Virus record (IMG/VR): IMGVR_UViG_3300037461_000486
Coordinates: 1 to 37,918 of that record
Direction: 5' to 3' (one strand)
DNA length: 37,918 nt
DNA from: a virus
Taxonomy: Duplodnaviria; Caudoviricetes
Shown piece after piece: positions 27,610-36,486 of the stretch; positions within the stretch are counted from its first letter, which is position 1; every line of letters begins with the position of its first letter. The position numbers were made by a program, and so were the translations under genes. The notes below the pieces were generated by a model. It searched no databases and was not told the DNA's origin. It saw only the letters and a program-made list of their open reading frames with translations.

Positions 27610-29583
27610 ATGTATAAAATAACTGGACAGTATTCTAATAAAAGACAAGAGATAAACTTAGAAATAAAAGACTTCCGGGGAGGTTCAAATACTTTATTGG
27701 ATGAAGCAAGAATATCACCGAATGAAGCGACAACAGCTACTAATCTTATTCAGGTACAAGATGGATTATGGAAGCCAAGATGGGGGACACAGTATTACGG
27801 GGCAACACATGAGGACTATATAGATGGGGCTTCGGAATACGTTAAAAGTGATGGGACTACGGAACTTATCACTATAGCAAACGGTAAAGCTTGGAAGTCT
27901 ACTAATGGCGGATCATTAACTGAAATAACAGGAGCTACATTTACAGCAGATACACAGTGTTTCTTCATGCAGATAGGCGGTTATCTTTATATTGCTAATG
28001 GAACAGATAGCTTAACACGATATGACGGAAGTACATTATCGACTTATTCTGCTATAAATGCACCAGCTAATCTTACAGGATCAAGAGTAGCTTCAGGACT
28101 TTCTTCAGGAACTTATACTTATTATGCGGAAGTTACAGCGTTAAATGATGTAGGCGAAACTGTAGGATCAACTGAAGCTTCAATTACAGTAAACAAGATT
28201 CGTGAGAATTGGGTGGCAGCAACAGATAAAGGTATCTATTGGGGATGGGATGCAGTAGCAAGCGCTACAAGATATCAACTTTACATATCCGATGAATCAG
28301 GTGATGAAGTGCTTCTTACGTCAACTACTTCTACAAGTTTTATAGATGATGGAAGTTTAGACGTAAATACTTATATTGAACCGCCACTATCAAACACTAC
28401 GGCAGGGCCTAAGTTTAAGGATATGTGTGTATCAGGAAACCGTATATGGGCCACTAACGATCCGAACAATAAGTATACAGTTTACTTTTCAGGCACAGGA
28501 CAATATATAGGTGTGTTTTCAGACTTCTATGGCGGGGGATATATCAACTTGGAAAAAGGCGGTAGGGAAATGCCGACAAAAGTTGTTCATTATCAATCAG
28601 GAACAGGAACAGGAATGCTTACCTGTCTTTGCAGGACACCTGAAGGCCGTGGTGCTATATGGCAGATACAAATAACAACAGCTACGGTTGGTGAAACGTC
28701 TTTCAGCGTACCGTCAGCAGTTAAAGTAGTTGGATCGTTCGGTACGGATTCGATACTTGGGGTTGTGGCTACAAATAATGACGTATTATTCCCTAACAGG
28801 CGTGGAATTTATTCACTTGGGCCTGAAAAGAATTATTACGGACTTCTAAGAACTAATGAACTTACAACAAGAATACGGCCTTATTGGGATTCTTTGGCTG
28901 GTTCTAAACTATCTGAAATAGCTTCATACTTTTATGATTCAAAGGTATTTATAAGCGTACCGACTTCAACAGCAGGCAATACAAGAACAATAATTTACGA
29001 TACGGAACGGATAAATTGGGTAGTTGACTGGAGTATCGCAGCAAAACAATGGCTGGAATATACGGATTCAAACCAGGTAAACCACTTTTTGTATATACCA
29101 AGAAACGGAACTAAACTAATTGAGATATCGGAGAATTTTCAAGGTGATCTTGGAGTAGCTTTCAATACCGACTACACAAGCGGAAGGATGCCTTTGCAGA
29201 AACTTTGGAAAGAGTTCGTAAAAGTAGATAAAGTGTATATTAAGTTAGGTAATCCAAGAGGATCAATAAACTTTGAAATATCGGGAACAACTAAAAATGC
29301 GCCATTTTCATCACTTGGTACAGCTTCAATAACTTCAACCACATCAAATTCCGGCATGGGATATGACCTTATGGGTACAGTTAGGATGGGTGATACGTTA
29401 GGGACACCATCATCATTTTCAGATTCATCCGATCCACGATATATCAAGATAAGAAAGAAACTAAGGGATATTCAACTAAGGATAACTACTAATAGTTACG
29501 ATGCTGACTACATACTTCAAGGATTTATTATTAGCGGAAACGCACTTAAAGTTAAAGCGCCTCCATCTTGGAAGGCGGATTAA
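27610..29583 (+). CDS. Tail nozzle / packaged-DNA stabilisation protein (P22 gp10 or T7 gp12 analogue)
   Basis: DFRGG.N...N...DGLWKPRWG N-terminus, beta-propeller-like repeats, NRIW, VYFS. Confidence 0.8.
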   Translation: MYKITGQYSNKRQEINLEIKDFRGGSNTLLDEARISPNEATTATNLIQVQDGLWKPRWGTQYYGATHEDYIDGASEYVKSDGTTELITIANGKAWKSTNGGSLTEITGATFTADTQCFFMQIGGYLYIANGTDSLTRYDGSTLSTYSAINAPANLTGSRVASGLSSGTYTYYAEVTALNDVGETVGSTEASITVNKIRENWVAATDKGIYWGWDAVASATRYQLYISDESGDEVLLTSTTSTSFIDDGSLDVNTYIEPPLSNTTAGPKFKDMCVSGNRIWATNDPNNKYTVYFSGTGQYIGVFSDFYGGGYINLEKGGREMPTKVVHYQSGTGTGMLTCLCRTPEGRGAIWQIQITTATVGETSFSVPSAVKVVGSFGTDSILGVVATNNDVLFPNRRGIYSLGPEKNYYGLLRTNELTTRIRPYWDSLAGSKLSEIASYFYDSKVFISVPTSTAGNTRTIIYDTERINWVVDWSIAAKQWLEYTDSNQVNHFLYIPRNGTKLIEISENFQGDLGVAFNTDYTSGRMPLQKLWKEFVKVDKVYIKLGNPRGSINFEISGTTKNAPFSSLGTASITSTTSNSGMGYDLMGTVRMGDTLGTPSSFSDSSDPRYIKIRKKLRDIQLRITTNSYDADYILQGFIISGNALKVKAPPSWKAD

Positions 29584-29595
29584 AGGAGGATAATT

Positions 29596-30450
29596 ATGGC
29601 TAACGATTTATGGAGAAAATACAAAAGTTTATACAGCTCAACAAGCAATTCTTTTTCAACCGGCACAGGTGAAACTGTAACACCAAACAGCGTATCGGGA
29701 CTTCCGACAACAACTGATACAACTTTGACGTTTGATAGAGTAGATAGCGGTGGCACGGCAACACCGACTAAAGTTGAAAGAATTATTGGTACAATTTCAG
29801 GTTCTAACTTTGTTATAAAAGAACGTGGAGTTGATGGAACTACAGAACAAGCCCACACAAGCCCGGTAGTTGAAATGATATGGAACGCTAAAGACTGGAA
29901 TGACTTAATTGACGGGCTTTTGGTTGAACATAACCAAACAGGAGTACATAAAGCTATTACAACTTCACAAATAACAGCGTCTTATGTAGTAGCTTCACAG
30001 GTAACAGCAAGTAACATGACTACACGTTTAACGCATACTGCCTGTACGGTAAACGCTTCACAGGTCACTACAGTTGCAGAAACAGTTACTAATTTAACGG
30101 CATCAGCGATGACCGGGACTTCAAAGTTTCCGAAAGTTTACGGTTTATATGATGCAGGAAGTAGCGGAAGCGCAATAGCTATAAACTGGCTAAATGGTGA
30201 CAGACAGAAAGTAACAGTAGACGCTTCAACAACGGTATCATTTACAAATGCAGCAGACGGACAAATACTGACACTTCTACTTAAAAATGCAGCATCAGGA
30301 GTGTTCTCGGTAACATTACCGACAATGAAGTGGACAGCATCAACAGCAACAACGCTTGGAACTACTTCAGGATGTATTAATACTATTACTTGCATGTATG
30401 ACGCAACAGGAAGCCAATATCTAGCGCAAGCTGGGGCTTCATACGGATAA
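29596..30450 (+). CDS. Tail fibre / adaptor protein
   Basis: RGVDGTTEQAH N-terminal anchor, EHNQTGVH, x-A-S repeat shaft, INWLNGDRQKVT C-terminal domain. Confidence 0.75.
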   Translation: MANDLWRKYKSLYSSTSNSFSTGTGETVTPNSVSGLPTTTDTTLTFDRVDSGGTATPTKVERIIGTISGSNFVIKERGVDGTTEQAHTSPVVEMIWNAKDWNDLIDGLLVEHNQTGVHKAITTSQITASYVVASQVTASNMTTRLTHTACTVNASQVTTVAETVTNLTASAMTGTSKFPKVYGLYDAGSSGSAIAINWLNGDRQKVTVDASTTVSFTNAADGQILTLLLKNAASGVFSVTLPTMKWTASTATTLGTTSGCINTITCMYDATGSQYLAQAGASYG

Positions 30451-30460
30451 GGAGTGATAT

Positions 30461-31219
30461 ATGGCAAATTCACATTCGCTAGATTTTAACGGCACAGACG
30501 AAGGAGCAGAAACAAAAACAGTATCTCACATGGCAGCCTTAACACAAGGCACGATAGAGTTTTGGGCTAAAAATGATGCAGATAGTGGTGCAGAACAGAT
30601 ACCTTTTGGGATTTCGAGAGATACAGGGTCAGTAGATAGTTCTATGTGGATTTCTTTTGATGGTAGAGCTGGTGCTGATGATATTTATATAAAATTAACA
30701 TTGGATGATCCTACTCAATGGGCTGCGAAAACAGCAGCAGATTCATTAGATGCTTATATTAATCAATGGGTTCATGTAGCGATAGTCCATAATGGAACAG
30801 CACCTAAATTATATCTAAACGCAGTAGAACAATCGCTTACTTTTACAGTAGAAGTAGATAAAACAAAATGGTTAAAAGCAATTATTACAGATGCAACTAA
30901 TAAAGCGGATACTTTATCTACAGGTTATTATGCTTATTTAGGAAGTAATGAAGGTGAATTTGACGGCCATGTAGATGAAGTAAGAATTTGGAATGATGTA
31001 AGGACATCTACTGAAATAGCGAATTACTATAAAAGACAACTCACAGGAACAGAAGATGGATTGGTTTATTATTGGAAGTTAGACAATGCTTATACAGATT
31101 CTACTTCCAACGGGAATACTTTAACAGGAATAAATACTCCTACTTTCTCGACAGACGTGCCATTTACAACAGATACGCCGTTACCAGCAACAGGAGCATT
31201 ATTTTACGCACAACTTTAA
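30461..31219 (+). CDS. LamG/concanavalin-like lectin domain protein (putative receptor binding)
   Basis: SLDFNG, TIEFW, WVHVAIV, LYLN, FDGHVDEVRIWN, GLVYYWKLD. Confidence 0.88.
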   Translation: MANSHSLDFNGTDEGAETKTVSHMAALTQGTIEFWAKNDADSGAEQIPFGISRDTGSVDSSMWISFDGRAGADDIYIKLTLDDPTQWAAKTAADSLDAYINQWVHVAIVHNGTAPKLYLNAVEQSLTFTVEVDKTKWLKAIITDATNKADTLSTGYYAYLGSNEGEFDGHVDEVRIWNDVRTSTEIANYYKRQLTGTEDGLVYYWKLDNAYTDSTSNGNTLTGINTPTFSTDVPFTTDTPLPATGALFYAQL

Positions 31220-31220
31220 T

Positions 31221-31442
31221 ATGGAACAGCTTATATCAGAACTTGCGAAAACAGGAGGAGTCGCATGGATACTTCTAGGTATCAGCCTTTTTGCGATTGG
31301 ATTCTTATTTAAGATTTGCAGGGAGGATTTGAAGGATAGAATCAAAGACTTAAAAGACTTCAACGATAGACTAATAGAGCCTATTAATGCCATTAAGCAG
31401 ACAGTCGACCTTATATTAAATTGTGTGCAGAAAAGGAAATAA
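31221..31442 (+). CDS. Small membrane protein (holin-like)
   Basis: One N-terminal TM helix plus coiled coil, in the lysis region. Confidence 0.6.
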   Translation: MEQLISELAKTGGVAWILLGISLFAIGFLFKICREDLKDRIKDLKDFNDRLIEPINAIKQTVDLILNCVQKRK

Positions 31443-31623
31443 TATGTATTGCTTTATAAGGCACATATTCAGATTGAACGGACATGATAAGGAGATCAAA
31501 ATGCTTAAACAACAGCAGATGAAAAATATTGACGAACTTACCAAACAAATAAAAAGGATGAATAAGCTTCTTAAAAAAGAAGTTGCTTATCAAATATTTC
31601 AAAGTGCAGGAGGAAAGAGATGA
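31423..31623 (+). CDS. Hypothetical coiled-coil protein
   Basis: ORF ATGA-coupled to the next gene; the start may be ATG 31444. Confidence 0.6.
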   Translation: MCRKGNNMYCFIRHIFRLNGHDKEIKMLKQQQMKNIDELTKQIKRMNKLLKKEVAYQIFQSAGGKR

Positions 31624-31913
31624 TGTGGGAGTTTTTTACTACGGCTTTGGTATCAGCGGTACTGATGGGCTTTGTAGTTTATAAACAGATAAAAGAATTA
31701 GTAACTGACGGGCCTTTAACATGGATAAAAATAGCCCTTTTCGTTATGGGTGTTTCGATATTCTTAACTTCAATTATCGGAGTCTATTATCATCTTTCAA
31801 GGACAGGTTTAATTCCACAAACTATAGAACCTATTACGATCAACCGTATAAATTCATGGGGAAGATTGGCTAAAGCTTATATGCTGTATCTTATTTACTG
31901 GAAATTTACATAA
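31620..31913 (+). CDS. Membrane protein (2-3 TM)
   Basis: Hydrophobic helices; SD AGGAGG. Confidence 0.7.
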   Translation: MMWEFFTTALVSAVLMGFVVYKQIKELVTDGPLTWIKIALFVMGVSIFLTSIIGVYYHLSRTGLIPQTIEPITINRINSWGRLAKAYMLYLIYWKFT

Positions 31914-31922
31914 GGAGGATAT

Positions 31923-33008
31923 ATGAAACTTAAAGTGCCTTTGTATTCACAAAGAGATACAAGATGGAAGAATGAAATCTTGGGATATAACACTAATCCT
32001 ATTTATACAATTGGAGGTTGGGGTTGCCTCATTTCTTCATTTGCTATGTACTTAACCGCACTTGGCAAGAACAAAAACCCGCATGATGTGAATGAGGATA
32101 TGAAATCATGCGGAGGATATGTTTCAGGAACAGGAAATCTTATATGGAGCAAGATTGCTTCTTACTACAATATCGTAAATGACTATCAATCACCTTATTA
32201 TAATGGGCCGGTGACAGACTACGGCATACAAAAGATAAAAGACAGTTTAGATCAAGGCAAAGTATGTATCACTCATGTTGATATGGATATGAATGATGCG
32301 GATGATGACCAGCATTGGATCGTAATAAAAGGATATGAAGGCGAGAAAATGTATGCAAACGATCCCTGGACAGGAACGGAAATTGACCTTGAAGTTTATG
32401 GAGGCCCGAAAAGGGCAATCATAGAATTTAGGACTTATATACCTACAGTTGCAAAAGAAGAAACACCATCTACTCCATGTGAACAGTCATTAAGTGAATG
32501 CCAAAAGAATTTAGACCAGGAAAGAACATGGAAAAATGAAACGTGGCATGAACTTCAGGATGTTAAAACAGAACTTGAAGGATTAAATTCACAATTGATA
32601 AGTTTTCAGAACTTCCAAAAACAATTAGCAATAACTTTACGGACTGAAGATCAGCCGACAGCAATACTTGGTGCAATTACAAAACTTATTGCAGTTGAAG
32701 ATAATTTGAGAAAAGCACAACAAAAGATCACAGAATTGGAAAGCGCAGTACAAAATTGCAACAATTTATATGATGAGGAGCATCAGAAGCTACTTACGTC
32801 TATTTCTGAAAAAGAAGCCGTTTTAGAGGCATCACAGGCCCTAGAGGAGGCTAGAAAACGCACAGAGAAGGCCTTAGAAGACATGGTTAAGAAATATGAA
32901 GACTCTGAATTTAATCTAAAACAATGCCTCTTGTCGGAAAATCATGAAAGTTTATTTAAAATTGGCAAATTGAGTATTTGCAAAATTAATGAGGAGGTGG
33001 AAATTTAA
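31923..33008 (+). CDS. Putative endolysin: C39-like peptidase plus long coiled coil
   Basis: YSQRDTRW...TIGGWGCLISS (Cys), QHWIV (His), NDPW (Asp). Confidence 0.82.
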   Translation: MKLKVPLYSQRDTRWKNEILGYNTNPIYTIGGWGCLISSFAMYLTALGKNKNPHDVNEDMKSCGGYVSGTGNLIWSKIASYYNIVNDYQSPYYNGPVTDYGIQKIKDSLDQGKVCITHVDMDMNDADDDQHWIVIKGYEGEKMYANDPWTGTEIDLEVYGGPKRAIIEFRTYIPTVAKEETPSTPCEQSLSECQKNLDQERTWKNETWHELQDVKTELEGLNSQLISFQNFQKQLAITLRTEDQPTAILGAITKLIAVEDNLRKAQQKITELESAVQNCNNLYDEEHQKLLTSISEKEAVLEASQALEEARKRTEKALEDMVKKYEDSEFNLKQCLLSENHESLFKIGKLSICKINEEVEI

Positions 33009-33238
33009 TGGCGAAAAGGAAATTTGACTGGACACCAGTTATTGAAGCATTGAAAGAAGCAGGAAGGGTTGTTGTTTTTGCACTTATATCATGGGCAATC
33101 ACGAAACTGACAGCTTTACCGCAAACAGAAATGGTAGTAATAGGGACAATAATACTTCGGATGGTAGACAAATACCTTTATGAAAAAGGAGTTACACCTA
33201 TACCAATTAAAGGTGCAACAGGATTAAGTGGATTTTAA
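33008..33238 (+). CDS. Putative holin
   Basis: Two short TM segments, LRMVDKYL motif, directly after the endolysin. Confidence 0.7.
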   Translation: MAKRKFDWTPVIEALKEAGRVVVFALISWAITKLTALPQTEMVVIGTIILRMVDKYLYEKGVTPIPIKGATGLSGF

Positions 33239-33706
33239 TTTGTTTAAATAAGCGAATTTATTAAGATATTTATTAGCAAGTTCGTTATATTTTAACGCTG
33301 CTAATTCTTTTGTAGGAAAACAACCACCATTAATGTTCTTTTTATTATAATGAAAATACACAACCCATGGATTAATTTTAGACAATGGTGTAAAAACTAC
33401 TCCTTTATATCCAGATTTATTATTTTTTTGTTTACCTTTATAAGTACAATTTTCACTTTTTGTGCATATTCTAATATTAGATTTTCTGTTATCTAAACCA
33501 TTTCCATTAATATGATCGGTACATAAATTTTTAGGAGTATTGAGTAGAAATCTATGAAGCAAAACATTTTTTCCTTTAATTTTTGTGTAAGCATAACCAC
33601 AACCATGATCCCACCAAGTATAATCTTTTACAAGATCATAATCAGAATCATCAATTATTGCATATTTGCCTTTTCCTTTTTTGCCTTTTAACGGAATTTT
33701 TATCAT
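33224..33706 (-). CDS. HNH-AP2 homing endonuclease
   Basis: YAIIDDSD, LLHRFLL, DHINGNGLDNRKSNIR, NKSGYKGV, AALKYN; likely start ATG 33706; the only credible minus-strand gene. Confidence 0.92.
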   Translation of the reverse strand: MIKIPLKGKKGKGKYAIIDDSDYDLVKDYTWWDHGCGYAYTKIKGKNVLLHRFLLNTPKNLCTDHINGNGLDNRKSNIRICTKSENCTYKGKQKNNKSGYKGVVFTPLSKINPWVVYFHYNKKNINGGCFPTKELAALKYNELANKYLNKFAYLNKLKST

Positions 33707-33712
33707 ATTAGA

Positions 33713-33740
33713 ATGATAACACAATGCACGAAAAAGACAA
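33713..33740 (-). promoter_or_regulatory. Sigma70-type promoter for a leaderless HNH mRNA
   Basis: Minus strand TTGTCT-16 nt-(TGt)TATCAT-6 nt-ATG. Confidence 0.6.
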
Positions 33741-33957
33741 TAGTGATGCACGAAGCGGAGAAAGCGATATTCGAAGACAAAGGCTTACTTCCATTCTAAG
33801 AGAAGATTTAGAATTAGACTTAAAAATCAGCCGGCAGATGGTTGATCTTATTATTGAAGATACACCGCTTAGAAGATATCATCAGGGACGTTTAGAGTAT
33901 CTTGCTAACCTCTTATCCCAAAGCCCGCCAAATGACCTACAACGGCAGGAAAAATAA
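33724..33957 (+). CDS. Hypothetical protein
   Basis: 77-aa ORF with no recognisable motif; overlaps the HNH promoter. Confidence 0.45.
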   Translation: MHEKDNSDARSGESDIRRQRLTSILREDLELDLKISRQMVDLIIEDTPLRRYHQGRLEYLANLLSQSPPNDLQRQEK

Positions 33958-34213
33958 ATCACGATAACTTATACTATCTAAATTATATATTAGTTGACAG
34001 GACGTCTTATAATATATTACTTGCCGGATTTTCATTGCCCGTGAAGGATGGTGATAAAAGTGAGAATTCGAGATAAAATATTCTTTGTCTGTTTTAACAT
34101 AAACAAGAAGATACAATCAAAAATAGACGAGAGCGTGAAATACAAAGAAAAAGCCCGTTTATTTTTATTACAAGGGATAGTCAAGTTTTTTATGTATTAC
34201 ACGACCTAGGGTA

Positions 34214-34241
34214 TTGACAGGTTGTGTTTTTGTGTTATAAT
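34214..34241 (+). promoter_or_regulatory. Strong early sigma70-type promoter
   Basis: TTGACA-16 nt-TATAAT with extended -10 TG; ATG 8 nt downstream and no SD. Confidence 0.85.
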
Positions 34242-34249
34242 GATTTCAT

Positions 34250-34504
34250 ATGTCGCAAAAGAATTATTCTCCGCAGACACATTTTCAGCCTTCTAACAAT
34301 CTAAAGTCAGGACGTGAAACGATTCGTGACAAAATGAATCACCTCGAATCAATTCTGACTGACATTTCAAACCTCAAAGCAGGAAAACTTATTTACCACT
34401 TATACAGGAAATACAACTCTACTTATCAGGAAATCGGCCAGGTGTTGAGAGTATCACGCCAAAGGGTAGAACAAATGTGGCCTAAAGGGGGTGAGAATAA
34501 ATGA
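34250..34504 (+). CDS. HTH DNA-binding protein (sigma region 4 / Cro-like)
   Basis: TYQEIGQVLRVSRQRVEQ helix-turn-helix. Confidence 0.8.
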   Translation: MSQKNYSPQTHFQPSNNLKSGRETIRDKMNHLESILTDISNLKAGKLIYHLYRKYNSTYQEIGQVLRVSRQRVEQMWPKGGENK

Positions 34505-34695
34505 CTGCCAAATTCAAAGAATTGAAACACAAGATTGCAACTATATCCATGTGGACTTTCCTTAAATGGGTATTTCTTACAATCTTTGTCTTTTACGTTG
34601 GATATTCAATAGTAAGGGATTTTTCAGGACTTAAAGTAGATTTTCAGGTTTATTACAACCATGACGGGATGTTGAAGCCCGTATTAGCAAAATAA
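34501..34695 (+). CDS. Small membrane protein
   Basis: SD GGGGTGA; single TM helix. Confidence 0.7.
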   Translation: MTAKFKELKHKIATISMWTFLKWVFLTIFVFYVGYSIVRDFSGLKVDFQVYYNHDGMLKPVLAK

Positions 34696-34743
34696 AAAAG
34701 AGAAAACCTAGGGGGCCTTCTCTTTATTTGAAAGGATACAAAA

Positions 34744-34920
34744 ATGGATCAAAAAAGTCAAATACCAAAATTCGAGGACGAGATGGGAAAAGTCCGAGAA
34801 TATGTGGACATTATCAAAAAGTTAAGGGAACTCCCTGACCATGACTGCCATAGATCACCGGAAGATGGCTGTCATGTATGCGATTTATGGTTCAGGTTTA
34901 AGGAGGAATATGGAAAATAA
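34744..34920 (+). CDS. Small metal-binding protein (58 aa)
   Basis: SD GAAAGGA; HDCHRSPEDGCHVC; not in the ORF track. Confidence 0.7.
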   Translation: MDQKSQIPKFEDEMGKVREYVDIIKKLRELPDHDCHRSPEDGCHVCDLWFRFKEEYGK

Positions 34921-35251
34921 CGGAATAAAAAAACATCAATGGACTGTAGCTTTCACTTACCAAAAGAATGGAATAACCGTAAGCGAGAACTATACGGAGA
35001 GAAATGATGATTGGGAAGAACTTGTCAAATATAAAAAAGCCATTCTTAATCATCTTCCTAGTGCAAAAAGCTTCCCGGAGGATGAAGGCGACAATGCACA
35101 CGTCCAAGAAGTTGACCAAACCCCAGATTTCTGCCGAGTCCATAAAGTGAAAATGAAGGAAAGAAGGAATGATACAGGGACATGGTTTTCACATGGAGTA
35201 AAGCAGGATGACGGAACTTATAAATGGTGTGTTGGAAAGGGTTTTAAATGA
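34910..35251 (+). CDS. Hypothetical protein with C-terminal CxxH...H...C Zn ribbon
   Basis: SD AGGAGG before ATG 34910; CRVH...WFSH...WC. Confidence 0.75.
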   Translation: MENNGIKKHQWTVAFTYQKNGITVSENYTERNDDWEELVKYKKAILNHLPSAKSFPEDEGDNAHVQEVDQTPDFCRVHKVKMKERRNDTGTWFSHGVKQDDGTYKWCVGKGFK

Positions 35252-35445
35252 ACATTCTCAAATGTGCATCTTGTGAGAAGACTATGGATGATTTTGAAAC
35301 AAATAAGTTCTTCAGGTTGCAGGACTTTTGGGGAAGAACCAGGGAAATAAAACCCTATTGCCGGAATTGTTATCACGACAGGATTGTTGAAGCACAAAGG
35401 AAAGCTACGATTAGTAATTTTGCTAGCGGGAAAACAGTAACCTGA
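35248..35445 (+). CDS. Zinc-finger protein
   Basis: CASC...YCRNC; ATGA overlap. Confidence 0.7.
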   Translation: MNILKCASCEKTMDDFETNKFFRLQDFWGRTREIKPYCRNCYHDRIVEAQRKATISNFASGKTVT

Positions 35446-35454
35446 GATTTCTAC

Positions 35455-35565
35455 TGGCTCCAACTTGGGCAGAGTTGGGGCCAAATGAGCTTGCCTAGGC
35501 TATCAGGCTTCGGCAAGATCACTTGGCTATAGCCATCGGAGGGATACCGCAAACGGATTCCCTCC
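35455..35565 (+). ncRNA. Candidate multi-hairpin structured RNA
   Basis: Consecutive GC-rich inverted repeats in an AT-rich genome: TGGCTCCAACT/AGTTGGGGCCA, CTTGCC/GGCAAG, TGGCTATAGCCA, GGAGGGA..CCG/CGG..TCCCTCC. Confidence 0.4.
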
Positions 35566-35614
35566 ACCTACTGCCAAAACATTATGAAAGCATTTATAAA
35601 GCTTACCTGCTCGA

Positions 35615-35953
35615 ATGAAGAATAGTTTAAATCGATTTAAAAACGCAGAACAGTTAATAGGTGAAGTTCTACATGATAATCCTGAAACCAGGGAAGATGA
35701 CCTGGAACTGATCTTCAAAGTATGGGACAAGCAGGGTGCAATAATCCCCGACACCATAAAAACACTTCTAAGGAAATGCTATTCCCCGGAAACAATAAGA
35801 AGATGGAGGCAGAAGTATAACGAGAACGGCCTATATAAACCTTCAAAAGACACACAAGACAAAAGGAAACAACTCCAAATGGAATACCGCAAGGAACTAA
35901 GACAACCGAAATATATTTATGACTGTAAAAGACAGGTGTTTATGCAAGTATGA
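35615..35953 (+). CDS. Hypothetical protein (possible DNA binding)
   Basis: PETREDD...SPETIRRWRQK...GLY; ATGA-coupled to the initiator. Confidence 0.75.
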   Translation: MKNSLNRFKNAEQLIGEVLHDNPETREDDLELIFKVWDKQGAIIPDTIKTLLRKCYSPETIRRWRQKYNENGLYKPSKDTQDKRKQLQMEYRKELRQPKYIYDCKRQVFMQV

Positions 35954-36486
35954 AAACACGAATATTACATACAAAATTATGGGATGATGATTTCTTCGTA
36001 AATCTGACAACTACACAGAAGTTAATCTTTATCTACCTTATGACCAATCCTTTAATAGGTTTAACGGGTATCTATGAGATATCGGATCGCAGGATAAGAT
36101 TTGATTTAGGAATAGAACAGGACGAGATTAATAAAGCCCGGATGATATTTGAAAGTAGCGGAAAGATAGCCTTTAAGGAAGGGTGGGTATATGTAGTAAA
36201 CGCACAGAAATATGGTGGGTATATTAGTCCAAAACTTACGGAACCTGTAAAAAGAGAGTTGTCTTCTATTCCTTTGAAGGTATTAGAATTTTTTAAAGAG
36301 TACGCATTTAATCATGGATACACTATCGATACACTATCGATACCCTATCCATACCCTATCGATACCCCTATAAATCATAAATCAGAAATAATAAATAATA
36401 AACAAGAAATCATAAATCAAAAATCAAAAATCATAAATAAGGGTTATAAAGATTTCTTAATAAAAAGAAAACTACTTCATGTTTAA
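35950..36486 (+). CDS. Phage replication initiator (replisome organiser)
   Basis: TKLWDDDFF..L....KLIFIYLMTNP...GIYEI winged-helix N-terminus with internal iterons. Confidence 0.85.
   Translation: MKTRILHTKLWDDDFFVNLTTTQKLIFIYLMTNPLIGLTGIYEISDRRIRFDLGIEQDEINKARMIFESSGKIAFKEGWVYVVNAQKYGGYISPKLTEPVKRELSSIPLKVLEFFKEYAFNHGYTIDTLSIPYPYPIDTPINHKSEIINNKQEIINQKSKIINKGYKDFLIKRKLLHV
36317..36441. repeat. Putative replication origin: five 11-bp iterons plus ten A-rich heptamers
   Basis: (G/C)ATAC(A/C)CTATC-like units x5 at 36317-36371, then AAA(T/C)(C/A)AN x10 at 36372-36441. Confidence 0.85.

Noticed and set aside
33224-33706. HNH gene as part of a group I intron
   Set aside because: The flanking holin gene is intact and no intron core or split gene is visible; it looks free-standing.
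33994-34013. TTGACA...TATAAT as a promoter
   Set aside because: The spacer is only 8 nt, incompatible with sigma70 geometry.
34048-34209. 53-aa ORF MVIKVRIRDK...
   Set aside because: No recognisable motif, and it lies in the probable regulatory intergenic region; insufficient support.
35455-35565. tRNA gene
   Set aside because: No acceptor stem closing a cloverleaf and no GTTCRA T-loop.
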